Of a stretch of 64,000 nucleotides of DNA, positions 41,196 through 52,981 are shown piece after piece. A program made the position numbers and the translations under genes. Origin of the DNA: Cyanophora paradoxa CCMP329 (Eukaryota > Plantae > Glaucophyta); the NCBI GenBank assembly GCA_004431415.1, contig QPMI01000507.1:243777-307776 (forward strand). Reading direction: 5' to 3'. How positions within the stretch are numbered: position 1 is the first letter of the stretch; each line of letters starts with the position of its first letter. Below the pieces are notes generated by a model. That model ran no database searches, was not told the origin of the DNA, and worked only from the letters and a program-made list of their open reading frames with translations.

Positions 41196-42041
41196 TTAAT
41201 CCGTGATCACTTCCAGCTGAAACGAGTATGAGAGACCGTTTATATCCGCAACAGAGCCCCGCCATTTTCGAAGCGAAATTGTGAGACGATCTAAATCGAG
41301 TTGCGATGTGACATTTACGAAAGGGATGCTTGCGCTCGGTTCGTGGTAAAAGGAATATCTACCAAAGTCCGAGTTCATCTGAATTCGCAATAGATAGGAG
41401 TCGTCGAAATTGTTCTGTCTCCCAGTAACCGCTGCGAATTTGGTAAACGGGCGGAGCTCTTCGATATCAAGGTAAATATATGGAATTGCATTAAAGTCGA
41501 CCATTTTCGGGCATATAATCGCGTAGCGACTGGGGTAATCTCTGAGTGGAACCGGCACTGGTTCTGGTGTGCTGGCGTAAACCACTCCGGGTTCTATGCC
41601 GAGACAGTCACAGAACTCCTGGTCTGAGCTCTCTAATGTAAAAGGGCTATTCGGAGATGAGAACACGAAGCGGTTCGTAGACAGAGCGAGAGAATAGGAA
41701 ACCGGGAAGAGACCGAGCGGATCAAAAGAACCGCCCGCAAATCCGAGTAAAGCATCACTGTTTAGAGCTCTCTCTTTTGGATATCGTTCGTTATCAGCAT
41801 CGACGTAATAATAATCGTTTACGCTGGGAATCGGTGCTATCATTTTGGATGCGGGGATTACTGTGGGCTCTTCGTTCAGAAGCGTTATAGTTATTGTCTG
41901 ATCGGGCGGAACAACATAAGAGCTATTGGGAATCTCAGCGGATAGCACACGAAATCGTCGCACATTATTAAGGCGCGTTTTCAAGTGCAGCACGCCGTTT
42001 TCAAGGTCTCTACTGTCGCAATTTATTGTTATTCTTTTCAT
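41196..42041 (-). CDS. Minor capsid (penton-like) protein 1
   Basis: Near-identical to 11330-12175. Confidence 0.7.
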   Translation of the reverse strand: MKRITINCDSRDLENGVLHLKTRLNNVRRFRVLSAEIPNSSYVVPPDQTITITLLNEEPTVIPASKMIAPIPSVNDYYYVDADNERYPKERALNSDALLGFAGGSFDPLGLFPVSYSLALSTNRFVFSSPNSPFTLESSDQEFCDCLGIEPGVVYASTPEPVPVPLRDYPSRYAIICPKMVDFNAIPYIYLDIEELRPFTKFAAVTGRQNNFDDSYLLRIQMNSDFGRYSFYHEPSASIPFVNVTSQLDLDRLTISLRKWRGSVADINGLSYSFQLEVITD

Positions 42042-42057
42042 AATCTATTATAGTAAG

Positions 42058-42984
42058 ATGAAAGAATACCTGAGCTTTTCGAGCGATGATCGCGATGAGG
42101 AGTTTACTCAGCCAAACCAGTATGTAGTGACATTACCCCGTCGCTATGACAACGTAAAATCGGTGCGCCTGGTGCAGGCAACGGTTCCCAATGTTCTTTC
42201 GACCGTGACAAACGATATAGACGCGACTGGTGCAACCATCGAGCGCATGGAACTCTATTTCTCGGTCACAGCTTCGGATTCCGGATTCGTGACCATCACA
42301 ATCCCCAAAGGATTTTACACCAAAGACGACCTTGCCGCAAAAGTCACAGAAAGACTCGAAGCAGCTCGCCTTTCAGATTTCGGTGGAAAATATATTAAAT
42401 GCCGCTATAATACTACTTCAAAGATCTATGAGTTTTTCAGTGATAGTAACTTTTGGTTCAAGTTCTCCAAAGCTTCCCCTGAAACACTCAGAAAATCCAG
42501 TAACCGCAAAGCAATCGCTAAGAAACTCGCAATATTCGGTTTCAAAGAAATTCAACTATATGTTTACGAGACATTTACCCCTCTTGCAAGCGATACATTC
42601 CTTGTGTTTAATCCTGGGACGGGAACTGTGACACTCAATCGACGCATTCGCGGCTATACTCGTGGAGATGAGACCCCGGCGGCGATGATCTGGCTATATA
42701 TTGACGAATTTGCGCCGTTTATTCGCTCAGTCAACAAGCACGTCGATGGTTATTTCATACGCATTCCAATCCCACAGGAACTCGAACACGGTGATATCTA
42801 CCACTTCGACACGTCCACTACGGTGCCTCTCATTCGTGAATTCCGCGAATTAAAATCGTTCGACCGCTTGACGATTAAACTCATCGACCATGATGGCGCT
42901 CTCTTAGATTTCGGGGGTTGGGCGCATTATTTCACTTTTGAAATCGAAACCTACGACGCACCGCCCGAAATGAATTTCTACTAA
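42058..42984 (+). CDS. Minor capsid (penton-like) protein 2
   Basis: Near-identical to 12192-13118. Confidence 0.75.
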   Translation: MKEYLSFSSDDRDEEFTQPNQYVVTLPRRYDNVKSVRLVQATVPNVLSTVTNDIDATGATIERMELYFSVTASDSGFVTITIPKGFYTKDDLAAKVTERLEAARLSDFGGKYIKCRYNTTSKIYEFFSDSNFWFKFSKASPETLRKSSNRKAIAKKLAIFGFKEIQLYVYETFTPLASDTFLVFNPGTGTVTLNRRIRGYTRGDETPAAMIWLYIDEFAPFIRSVNKHVDGYFIRIPIPQELEHGDIYHFDTSTTVPLIREFRELKSFDRLTIKLIDHDGALLDFGGWAHYFTFEIETYDAPPEMNFY

Positions 42985-43031
42985 GCCCTTTAAATTATTT
43001 TCTGATCCCAAAGATAAGAGAAGAAACGCTC

Positions 43032-44345
43032 ATGGAGACTAACAGCCAATTCCAGCGCCCAACGCTGAAATCTATGCTCACCACCGATGACTACAAGGAT
43101 TATTTCCTAAACAAGTCGCTGGTCATTGGAACGTCCTCTGGCACTAAGCCACTTCGAGTTCTGGTCGCCCCCGATACCGAACCAACCAATGCCCTCGGTA
43201 ACCGAGTAGTTTTCAAAATCCCCCGCTACCATTTCCTGAATGGTCTCGCGCTGCAACTCGATCTTAACCCGATCACCCTCACTGATCTCACGAATGGTGT
43301 CGCTGGAACTACTGGCTACCTTCGCGTTATTGGATCGCTAATTAAGCGCATTGAAATCTCTCACGCTTCATTCCGCTATGTTGTCCCGGAAGATTTCGTC
43401 ACCCAGTATTTTCTACTGATGACTGAACAGGGCGAACTCGATAAGAAACTTCGCTATGTCGGTGGTCTTGTCGGAACCGCTGGTAACACTGTCGGTGGAA
43501 CCTACGAAATCGATTTACCCTCTCCTTTCGAAAAGGCGATGTTCCCACTTTGCGCTCTGAACTCTGAGATCACAGTAGAAATCGAATTCAAGGCACAAGG
43601 GGATGGTATCATCGAGGATGTGAATAATGTTGCTACTATTGCGGTTACCAACAATGGCGCTTCCCTTCAAGTGCTGAAACCCCGCGTTATTTGCAAGGTA
43701 GTAAATGCCGATGAGGCGGTTGTATCTGAGACCATTGCCCGTGTTAAATCGACTGGCATCGCGATCCCCTACAACGAAATCGGTTTCCTACACACAGATT
43801 TCCAGCCGACCGCCTCCGGTTCGCGAGTCAATCTCTCGCAACTCACAGGTGCGGGTCTCATCCACACTCTCGTATTCTCTGTGCGCCAAAACGCGAAGAC
43901 AAAGGTGAACAACGGAACTCTCTCGGTTCTGGCTCCTCGTGCACTCAGAACCAACGCCGTAAGCTTCTATGTGGAACTTAACAATAACCGCCTTTACTCA
44001 AATACTTCGCTTCCTCTCATGATTGCCGCGACCGAACTTCAAGAGAAATATAATTCGGCGATCTTTACCGAGAGCACAAGCTACCCCGCTCTCACTGGCA
44101 TTTACTTCGGTGCCGGAAACGGAAAGGCGTCGCTTCTAAACCAAGAGAATACGGGCTACATCGATGCCACAGGCACATCGGCGTTCGATCTGGTCTTCGA
44201 ATTCAACGGTGTCACAACGGCAGCCGAAGGTTCATCAGAATGGTATGCGGGTGCCGCTTATCAGAAGATGCAAATTCAGTGCATTGCCCTCGCTCATAAC
44301 ATAATGATAATTGGTGCCGACGGAATCAGGCGTGTAAGTAGCTAA
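43032..44345 (+). CDS. Major capsid protein
   Basis: Two amino-acid differences seen versus 13166-14479. Confidence 0.8.
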   Translation: METNSQFQRPTLKSMLTTDDYKDYFLNKSLVIGTSSGTKPLRVLVAPDTEPTNALGNRVVFKIPRYHFLNGLALQLDLNPITLTDLTNGVAGTTGYLRVIGSLIKRIEISHASFRYVVPEDFVTQYFLLMTEQGELDKKLRYVGGLVGTAGNTVGGTYEIDLPSPFEKAMFPLCALNSEITVEIEFKAQGDGIIEDVNNVATIAVTNNGASLQVLKPRVICKVVNADEAVVSETIARVKSTGIAIPYNEIGFLHTDFQPTASGSRVNLSQLTGAGLIHTLVFSVRQNAKTKVNNGTLSVLAPRALRTNAVSFYVELNNNRLYSNTSLPLMIAATELQEKYNSAIFTESTSYPALTGIYFGAGNGKASLLNQENTGYIDATGTSAFDLVFEFNGVTTAAEGSSEWYAGAAYQKMQIQCIALAHNIMIIGADGIRRVSS

Positions 44346-44417
44346 GGAATTCGTCGGACAAAAAATGACGTTCTTTTTATCTTTTGCCCATTTAAGGACA
44401 AGACAATTTACAGTATT

Positions 44418-45134
44418 ATGGAATACGGCGGACAAATGGAAGGCATTAGGCGAATTGCACTTAATGGAAAGCATGGAGAAGGCAAATTTGCGCTTGTCGA
44501 TGAAGCAGACTATGAGCATGTCACTAAAATCAGTAAGTGGTATTTTCATAATGTCAGAGGTTACGCATGGGGCTATGTTGGAAAGGGCAAGAATATTGAC
44601 ATGCACAAGTGGATTATGGGAAGCCGCGATGGGCACTTTGTAGATCACATTAGCAGAGATAAATTGGATAATAGGCGTTGCAATCTTCGCTTTTTAACCC
44701 CGCAAGAGAGCGTCATTAACACTGGCGTGAGACGAACAAATAAGTCAGGTCTCAAAGGAGTGATGCAGAGAAAAGACACTGGAAAATGGAGAGCTGAAAT
44801 TCAAAAGAACGGAATTTCTTATAATCTCGGATGCTTCAACACGAAAGAAGAAGCCGCAGCAGCATACAATGCAAAAGCAACCGAACTGTTCGGCGATCTT
44901 GCGGTTCTTAATGATGTGGATCCTGTAAATCTAACTCGTAGATTGCTGAAATCAACGAATTCGAGTGGTTATCGTGGTGTCAATCTAACGAGATCTGGAA
45001 AGTGGGAAGCGAATTTCATGCATAACAAACAGAGATGGCGCAAAATATGTGACACAAAGGAAGACGCAGCTCGATTTTACAATGAGAAAGCCGCCGAAAT
45101 TCTGGGTGATAAAGCGATCCTAAACGAAATCTAA
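44418..45134 (+). CDS. Free-standing HNH-AP2 homing endonuclease
   Basis: HNH motif VDHISRDKLDNRRCNLR. Two AP2 domains (SGLKGV...KWRAEI...LGCF.TKEEAAAAYN; SGYRGV...KWEA...EDAARFYN). Absent from B1. Confidence 0.9.
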   Translation: MEYGGQMEGIRRIALNGKHGEGKFALVDEADYEHVTKISKWYFHNVRGYAWGYVGKGKNIDMHKWIMGSRDGHFVDHISRDKLDNRRCNLRFLTPQESVINTGVRRTNKSGLKGVMQRKDTGKWRAEIQKNGISYNLGCFNTKEEAAAAYNAKATELFGDLAVLNDVDPVNLTRRLLKSTNSSGYRGVNLTRSGKWEANFMHNKQRWRKICDTKEDAARFYNEKAAEILGDKAILNEI

Positions 45135-45184
45135 ACCAATTACCACATTCAGTCTTATTTTTCTATTGTTTTTATAGTGAAAGA

Positions 45185-46051
45185 ATGCAAAAAGGGACGA
45201 CGCCCATGGATCTCGAAGAATGGAACCCGAAACAGAGGGTGAAACTTCCCGCACGATTTCTTCTATTGGCGAAAACCAATTGTGGTAAATCGGTATTCTT
45301 AAAGTGGCTGATCAAAGAACTCGAAGATCAGATCTCGTATGTTCTGGTTTTCTGTCCTACGAGTTTTAACGGTTTCTGGGGTCAAATAACAGACGAAGTG
45401 CATGATACCTGGAAACCGGAATATGTGGAGTCGATCATAGAAGCCCGCAAGAAGGCTATCATTGCGGGTAAGAAACCAAAGAATATTCTCATCGTGCTCG
45501 ACGATTGTTTGGAGTCCGGAACTATCGATCTTTCGCGCGATCATTTGCTAAATAAATTGATGGCGCAAGGTCGTCATACTTTTTGTTCCGTGGCTTTAAT
45601 ATCGCAGAAACTAACAAAGCTTTCAACGATCATTCGCAGCAATGCGGAGTATATCATATTCCTAAGCTGGTCAAACATGCGCGAATTCGAAGCATATCAC
45701 GAAGAGTTCGGGAACATGGATAAAGAGAGTTTCAAGCGCATGTTCCAAGAATTCTGTCATAGCTACCAAGCGATCATTCACGATAATACCGGGTATTCTG
45801 TGCGATGGTGGGTCGAAAAAGCCGATATGATCGATGACCATCCGTTTACTAAATTCCACAAGCGGGCGGCTTTTGAAGAAAAGAAGCGCAAACAGCAAGA
45901 GGAGCAAGCGACAAAACCGCCGCCTGTCAAAGATTCGACAACTGTATGCAAAACTTTATCCAAATTTGAGCGTGAGCTTGAAGGTATCCCCAAACTTTCG
46001 CAAATTTCGCCCAAGAAAAAGAAAATGTTAATCAAGTGTAAGAAAAGATAA
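45185..46051 (+). CDS. A32-like packaging ATPase
   Basis: Near-identical protein to 14538-15404. Confidence 0.9.
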   Translation: MQKGTTPMDLEEWNPKQRVKLPARFLLLAKTNCGKSVFLKWLIKELEDQISYVLVFCPTSFNGFWGQITDEVHDTWKPEYVESIIEARKKAIIAGKKPKNILIVLDDCLESGTIDLSRDHLLNKLMAQGRHTFCSVALISQKLTKLSTIIRSNAEYIIFLSWSNMREFEAYHEEFGNMDKESFKRMFQEFCHSYQAIIHDNTGYSVRWWVEKADMIDDHPFTKFHKRAAFEEKKRKQQEEQATKPPPVKDSTTVCKTLSKFERELEGIPKLSQISPKKKKMLIKCKKR

Positions 46052-46053
46052 TC

Positions 46054-46737
46054 ATGGTCTACCGAAAGAAGCCTCAAACCATTCAAACGGTCGCTTCTGG
46101 TAATCCTAATCGCGGACTTGAAGAGTCTGGATTAACGTCGGGCGGCGGTCTCGAAATGCCCGAATATCTTATAGACACTTCGCCAGAGGAGGTCGCCAAG
46201 CAAGAGGCGATTATTGCGAGTGCCACCGCGGACAAGGGCAACCAAGATAGCGGTAAACGCCAAATGGAGGATTTAGCTACTGTAAAACCACAGATTGGAG
46301 GCGGCTCTGTTGATGAAGCAACCGACAAAGTAATTAAAGCGCAAGTTGTCGCAAGCCAGCACAAAACGCAAGACGTCCCGAAAGCCGCCGAAACCGAGCT
46401 TAAAAAGCGCGGATCCTATCAAAAACACACGGTTCCTGTCGACGTTGTCATGAGCTTTGAAGAGAAAGTGCGAGACCTTGAAATGAAAGTGTCAAACTAC
46501 GAGAAATGGATGCAAGATTATAACGAACGCAAGAAATTAAAGGGTCTCGTAAAGAAAGAGATCTCGAAACTCGGATTAAAGCAAAAGGTCGACGTAGAGG
46601 AGATTAAAAAGGAGGAAAAGACAGATGCGCAAGCCGTAACGCGTCAGCAATCGGTTGCCCCGCAATATGCACATATAGTGCCGACTGCACCAGCGAATTT
46701 CGCGGCGATGCTCGGTGGTAAACGCCATATCCGCTAA
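46054..46737 (+). CDS. Hypothetical coiled-coil protein
   Basis: Copy of 15407-16090. Confidence 0.75.
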   Translation: MVYRKKPQTIQTVASGNPNRGLEESGLTSGGGLEMPEYLIDTSPEEVAKQEAIIASATADKGNQDSGKRQMEDLATVKPQIGGGSVDEATDKVIKAQVVASQHKTQDVPKAAETELKKRGSYQKHTVPVDVVMSFEEKVRDLEMKVSNYEKWMQDYNERKKLKGLVKKEISKLGLKQKVDVEEIKKEEKTDAQAVTRQQSVAPQYAHIVPTAPANFAAMLGGKRHIR

Positions 46738-46892
46738 TGACTGTGAATATCCGCAAGGCAAAGCTGAACCCGCCCGTATTTAGAGCGGGTCTTTATGTGG
46801 ACTCCCCTGCAAAAGGGACAGGTCGGCTCCATAAACAGCATTATAAGGTCGACTAACTCGTATGGGAACACACGAGCAAGTAAAGCCCTCAT
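46734..46892 (-). CDS. 52-aa microprotein
   Basis: Copy of 16087-16245 with only L3A and K29R changes. Confidence 0.75.
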   Translation of the reverse strand: MRALLARVFPYELVDLIMLFMEPTCPFCRGVHIKTRSKYGRVQLCLADIHSH

Positions 46893-46941
46893 TCCCTTTT
46901 ATTTTCTCCGATATTTAATACGTTGCGTCCTTGTAGGATCG

Positions 46942-47358
46942 ATGAATTTCATCACACAATGCATTGAGATGTTTCAGCTTCACGTCGTGTCTAATTGCCA
47001 CAGTCCATGCTGTGACACAACCGTAGAAATCGAAATATCAGATGGCGAGGATAATGGAGTTAGGCGCCTTTCTGTATATTCTAACCACAGCGACAATCAC
47101 AACCACTCACGATCTCGATCGCCCTCGCCTGTGACCGCGGCTATGAGTTCCAATATCGAAACCGCTCAGATAGAGGACGTGCATGTAGAGCATATTAGAA
47201 GGCGATCATGTCCTGAGTTTGTAGAAGGTCATTTGCGCGCTGACTCCCCTTATCCGATGTATAGATTGGATCAAATGCCATTAGGCGACGATGAAAATGT
47301 AACGAACCCTTATGTTTATCCTCAGCAACAAGAAAGAACCGTCTGGAACGGTTATTGA
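46942..47358 (+). CDS. Hypothetical protein with RSRSPSP tract
   Basis: Intact version of 16295-16710. Confidence 0.65.
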   Translation: MNFITQCIEMFQLHVVSNCHSPCCDTTVEIEISDGEDNGVRRLSVYSNHSDNHNHSRSRSPSPVTAAMSSNIETAQIEDVHVEHIRRRSCPEFVEGHLRADSPYPMYRLDQMPLGDDENVTNPYVYPQQQERTVWNGY

Positions 47359-47482
47359 GCGGTGAATTTCGGTGGCGCTTGTATCGAGCCAAGGGCAAAA
47401 ATTGAAGGTTTCGGTAAAAGGTATTTAAGGGCAAGGGAAATAATACAGAGTGACAAAAAACTATTTTCTCCGGTTATAGTAA

Positions 47483-47896
47483 ATGGCGAAACCCAAGATT
47501 TTAAACCAAGAGGCGATGGCGGCACAGCAGGAAAAGCGCAGACCCGGGCGACCGAAAAAGGTGATTTCAGAAGAGGAGAAGGCGGAGAGATTAAGACTAA
47601 AACGCGAAAAAGACGCCGAGAGGCAGCGAAACAAGCATCAGAGACAGAAACAGGAGCGATTAGCCGCCGGAGAGGCTACGATATTCACCCCGGAACAGAT
47701 ACAAAAGATTGCAATTCGTAAACAGCAGCGATACCAAGACGATGAAGAGTATCGGGAGAAAATCCGAGAGAAGGCACGTGAATACCAACGAAGGAAAAGA
47801 GCGGAACGCAAGCTGAATCCGCCGGTGAAGCCCCAGCCGCAAAAGCCCGCTGGGAGACCCCGAAAGCATGTGGTCGAGAACGCGAAAAATCCGTAG
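47483..47896 (+). CDS. AT-hook coiled-coil protein
   Basis: Copy of 16835-17248. Confidence 0.75.
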   Translation: MAKPKILNQEAMAAQQEKRRPGRPKKVISEEEKAERLRLKREKDAERQRNKHQRQKQERLAAGEATIFTPEQIQKIAIRKQQRYQDDEEYREKIREKAREYQRRKRAERKLNPPVKPQPQKPAGRPRKHVVENAKNP

Positions 47897-48065
47897 CGGA
47901 AAGTATCCGTACGATGCAAAAAATGATTAATTTTTTACCTCCCTTTTTATTCCCCGTATAGGTCAAAAAAGCACTTAAAGAATTGGCGACAAGGGTATGA
48001 AAAGGAGAATTTGGTAGATTGCGCCGAAATTATTTTCTCCGGTTATTTTAAAAGAACTAATAGAG

Positions 48066-51000
48066 ATGCCGCGCGCAACCAACAGAATCGCTAACAATGT
48101 TCGGGATGAAATTATCGGATACATTATGCAGGGATTGAGTCAGGATTTGCTAACCGAAGAACAGGCGCATTGGGCGATGCACAACACAATGAATCGGAAG
48201 CCCAAGCTCCAAACGCTGATAGACATTCGGGATACTCTGAATGGAATCATTAATCCCCGCGTTTTTCGCAGGGCAGAGCGGAAAGAAAAGCGCGCCGCTC
48301 GCACCCAAGTTAATATAGAAAAGCAAAAGCAAAAAGAACAAGAGGCGAAGCGTTTACAGCGCTTCGATCGCAAGCAAGAAAAGAAGCGGGCGAAAGAAGC
48401 GAAGCTCGAAGCGAAGCAGCAGAGAGGTAAACTAAAAGCGGTAGAGGATGCGATTAAACGCACTATTCTCGATCCAATCGCCCAATATGATCCGGAAACT
48501 CTCGCAACAATTACGTTCAAGCTATGGGGACCTGGATCCGGTGCTCGGTCGTCGGAGGTAATTGTTATTCCCGGAATTCCCGAATTAAATATACCAGACA
48601 GAACCTTTGTCACCTACCGCAATATAAGAGAGACAGTTTCGGTGAGTGTGTTGCGAAGCTTTGCTCTGGCGAAAATGGATAGAATGTCTCAAATTCTAAT
48701 TAGACCGGGTCAAGTTCGTCATGATTGGCATGAGAGCGAATCAATCTTCGATTTACTCGAAAACTACGATGAATTGAAGATTCGTCTGGGAACTTTCGGA
48801 CAAGCATACGAGATGTTCTTCTTTAAGACACCACCAACCGAGGAACAGAAAAAACTACGCAAAGGTTTCGATGATTTTGGCGGCAGTGTCGATGATGCCT
48901 TTATAACTGTTCATGAGGTCGCGATCGATGGGGATGAAGGTGTCGAGGACGATGGAGCCGGTGCTATACCTGGCAATTGCTATGAGTTTCTGGATGAGGA
49001 GCTTATGGACAGTATGCGATGCACCGCGATTATGAGCAAATTCACAGACTACACATTAAATCCAAACGCGTCTGAGTTCGAAGATATTATTGAGCTTCCC
49101 AAATCATCGACATCTAACGCTTGCGGCTACGATATGATCATCTCCACATGGGGAGCGTCCATTAAGAAGTGTCAGGAGGCGCCAAAACCGCGATATACTG
49201 ACTTAACTATGTCGTACGACGGTCTCTATAAATTCTTTCACGGTCGTGAACGCACACCTGGCGACTCTCTGGCTCTCACGCTCCGCCACATCGAGAAATT
49301 CTGTAAGAGAATTCAGACAGGCTTCCGCGTCTTTGATGTCGACGGAAAGTTAATATACAAATTCGCGGCGGAATCAATTAACAAAAACATCTTTCCCCGC
49401 AATATTCACTTCATGATTCACAACAAGCACATCTATATATTCAACGATAACATCAAGTCGCTCGAAATGCGCATGGCAAAGATGGAGGTCGAAGAGCTCG
49501 ATAATCATGTTCCTAAGTCGAACTCTTCGTTAGCACTCTATAAAATTCCGACGTGTCTTACTCACGATATCTTCGCGCACACATCCAAGGATTTGTTAAA
49601 GATCACGCAACTTAAACTATCGCCCGACGAGCGCAGTTTCATCCGCATTCTGTATACTGGGCGCGAAGGTCTGGAAGGTCTTCTATTTACGTTCCTGAAA
49701 ATGCGATATGAACCCGCAGTGAAGCTAACACCATCGAAACAGATCGACAGCATCACATTCAAAGCTAATGGCTCGATGTTCTCTATCAAAGATCCACGCA
49801 CAACAGACCACTTTATTGAGCAAGATTTCGAAACAGAGGAGTATTATAATAAGGTCTGTGAAATCGGGAAGGGATTCCGCGAGTCGCTTCTAAATGCGAC
49901 GAATATCTCACATTACAGCCCGAACATGCGCGAAATTCTCACGCACTACAAGCGATCCGCACTAAGTGGCTTTTTCTATAAGCCGAACCCGAAAGCCACC
50001 TACACAGCTGTCGATATGGCGAAGTGCTACCCTTCGATACTGAAAGGCATGCAATATCTTCCGAAATACAATGTGTTTGATGACTTCGTTCCCTTTAAAG
50101 CGGGAAGCGATATTCTCGAATACGCGATCTACTACGTGCGTGTCGTTGCGTTTGAGAGAGAGCAAGCGACTTTCGCCGACGATGAGGATGTAGATTATGA
50201 TGCCGCCATGTCTCGCAAGATTGATGGAATCGAAATTATTCTGGATCGCGCATTTTCCGTGAGTGGTCGCTGTTATAATTTCATGACAGGCTACACTCTC
50301 TCCATGCATTGGCGGACGTAAAGGACAAGATAGAGATTATCGCGGTCGCGGAGCCTTCGCATTTGGTGCCCAATACGTCGATCGCTGAGATGCAAAAAGT
50401 GCTGTCAAGCGACATTCAAACCACAGATAAGAAGCATATTTTAGTGAAAGAGATCGGAATGCTCGGCAAATTCCAAGACTCGCAAACATCCACGAAAATG
50501 TTCTACAACCGTGCCGAGGCTGAGAGGTTCGCCCAAGAATGCGGAGGAACAGTAGAGGTGTTTACTTTCAATCCTAAGAATTCGAAACGTGTCAAAGCTC
50601 TTAGCGAATTCGAAGGTCACATCTATTTCGTTAAGATCAGCTCCCACCGCGAGCTCGTTAACGGATTCCTTCCTATCCACTTTCATATTTACGATCGTAA
50701 CCGTGCTAATATGTTTGCGCAATACAAGCGCCTGACAGCGCGCGGGCACAAGGTTGCCGGGATCAGAACGGATTGCCTATATATCGAAGGTTCATGGACA
50801 AGTAAGAAAGAGTTTGACCGAAATGCGTTTGAGAACATGGGCAAGTTCAGCTATATTCCCGGGAAAAGATGCCCTGAGAATGCACTCCGCCCACCACGGG
50901 GTGTAACTCTCGAATTTCAGGATCCCGAGACACTCATTAACCGGTTCTCGCTGAGGGACGAATTTAATCCGGAGTGCTTTAATTGGGTTGCGAAGCTCCA

Positions 51001-52380
51001 TAATCGTATGCTTGTCCTTGCTGACATGCCCGGAAGTGGAAAGTCGACACTCGGTATTAACTGTTTCGCATCTCAGAATTCGAATTGCTTAGTTATTTGC
51101 CCCTATAACAAACAGTGCGCAGAGCTAAGGGACTCCCTGAAAGTCCGCGGAATCGAGAATATTACCGTTCGTACTTTGTATAATGTTCTCGGGATCCGTG
51201 TCTCAAATGATCAGACCTACGAAGAGGCTATGAGCGAGAAAGACCAGAGGGCGTTCGTCTCCGAGTTCAGTCACATTATGTTCGACGAGATATTCGCGTA
51301 TTCTGTAAAAGATCTCGCTAAGATTAAGTCGTTTATCGATCGCTATCCCGATATCAAATATTTGGCTAATGGCGATACCTATCAGAACGAACCAATTAAT
51401 GACGAGCTCTCGGTTTCTGATCGCAAGGGCTACTATAAGCGCGCTGTGCAGAGCATGTTCCCTAATGTCCTGAGTCTACGCATTAACAAGCGGCACAAGA
51501 AGGAGACAGACCGTGAATTAATTCGGGCGATTAAAGAGGATCTCTTCGAAAACGGACTCGAAGCCTCACAGATTATCTCGAAATACGGGTTGCCGACAAT
51601 TAATGATCTAAGCGCCATTCCCGACGGCTACTTTGGCATCGCTTACAGAAACGAAATGACCTTAGCCTATAACAAACTGATGCACGATAGACGAAAAGTA
51701 AATATTGCAACCGTAGAGGTCAACGGCATCAAATTCTACAAGGGTTTGGAGGTCGTTTGTCGCAGGTATCTACGCATTTCGCGGTCTGAGGGTGAGTCTA
51801 TTAACGCATACACAAATTACACCTATCGGATCACCAAAATCACCAAGCAAATGGTCACATTAACTGACGTCTTCGATGGCGTCACGTTCGAGGTTCCGTG
51901 CGCGATGTTAGAACATTTTCTCTCCCTTATGCAGGAACAGGTCATTCAACGCAAGGTCTCACACTTGATTCGGGCATTGTCATTTGTGAGGCTACGTTCC
52001 GCTATACCACTCGCGAATGGTTCTATACCGCGCTCACTCGTAACCGCGATCTGTCTACGGTGCTGATTTATACACCTATTCACAAGTTCCAAGGAAAGAG
52101 CGACTACATCGAATATCTGAAAACGAAGATCCGCGGTTATAAATGCCAGGATCAGCGTGCCGGTCGCGATTTCAACGAGGCGGATTATATTACGCCGGAG
52201 TGGATATTAGAGCGCAAGAAGCAACAGAAGGGCGCCTGTGCGCTCTGTTCCCTTCCGATTCCGATTGAGCCGCAAGATCCGAATTACAGGCTCGTCGTGG
52301 ATCGCATCAATAATAAGCGCCCACACCTTAAAGACAATTGTCAACTCGCGCATCACGGGTGCAATTGCAGCAAACAATAG
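48066..52380 (+). CDS. PolB-like / SF1 helicase / HNH-like fusion (two homopolymer frameshifts)
   Basis: Colinear with 17418-21728. Single-base losses near 50311 and 51917. Confidence 0.85.
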
Positions 52381-52477
52381 TCGGAAAAAATTGTCGGGAA
52401 TTAATTGGGGAGAGGGCAAAAATTGAAAGGTTTGGTAACTCCCTCGGTCAGTCAAACAAGCAAGTAAGTCAAGCGAA

Positions 52478-52948
52478 ATGGAACAATTCATTGATTATTT
52501 CAAGGCGAACAATGTCACCTACAAGGATGTCACACACGTTTTCACTAAGGATTCTCTCAAAGGCTTCCATATGATTTGCGACCTGGCATTGAAAACCCCG
52601 AATATTGTTTACATTGGTCAATTGAAGAACACGCCAGCGTATCAATTGCAAGAGAACGGAATTGCAAAGGGCGAGATCATGATGATGAAAGGCGACAGAT
52701 GGGCATCAGGCATGCATTTTATCGAAAACTTTGTTAAAAATTTCCTGAACGGAGCCCAATGCATTGTGTGCTTCGAAAAAGTAGAGCGGGGCTTGGGTTG
52801 CAGCAAATGCAACGCGGTAGTGTGTCTTGGTTGTTGGAAAAGCATTATGGACGCAACTATGATGAGTGCAGGCGGCTTCAAATGCCCCGGGTGCCGCAAA
52901 CTATACCCTAATACACCCGTGCACATACTGACTAGTGTCTTGATTTGA
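52478..52948 (+). CDS. RING-like zinc-finger protein (putative E3 ligase)
   Basis: CIVC-x9-CSKC-x4-CLGC...CPGCR. Absent from B1. Confidence 0.75.
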   Translation: MEQFIDYFKANNVTYKDVTHVFTKDSLKGFHMICDLALKTPNIVYIGQLKNTPAYQLQENGIAKGEIMMMKGDRWASGMHFIENFVKNFLNGAQCIVCFEKVERGLGCSKCNAVVCLGCWKSIMDATMMSAGGFKCPGCRKLYPNTPVHILTSVLI

Positions 52949-52981
52949 AACCGGAAAATATAGATACCATTAATAAAAAGA

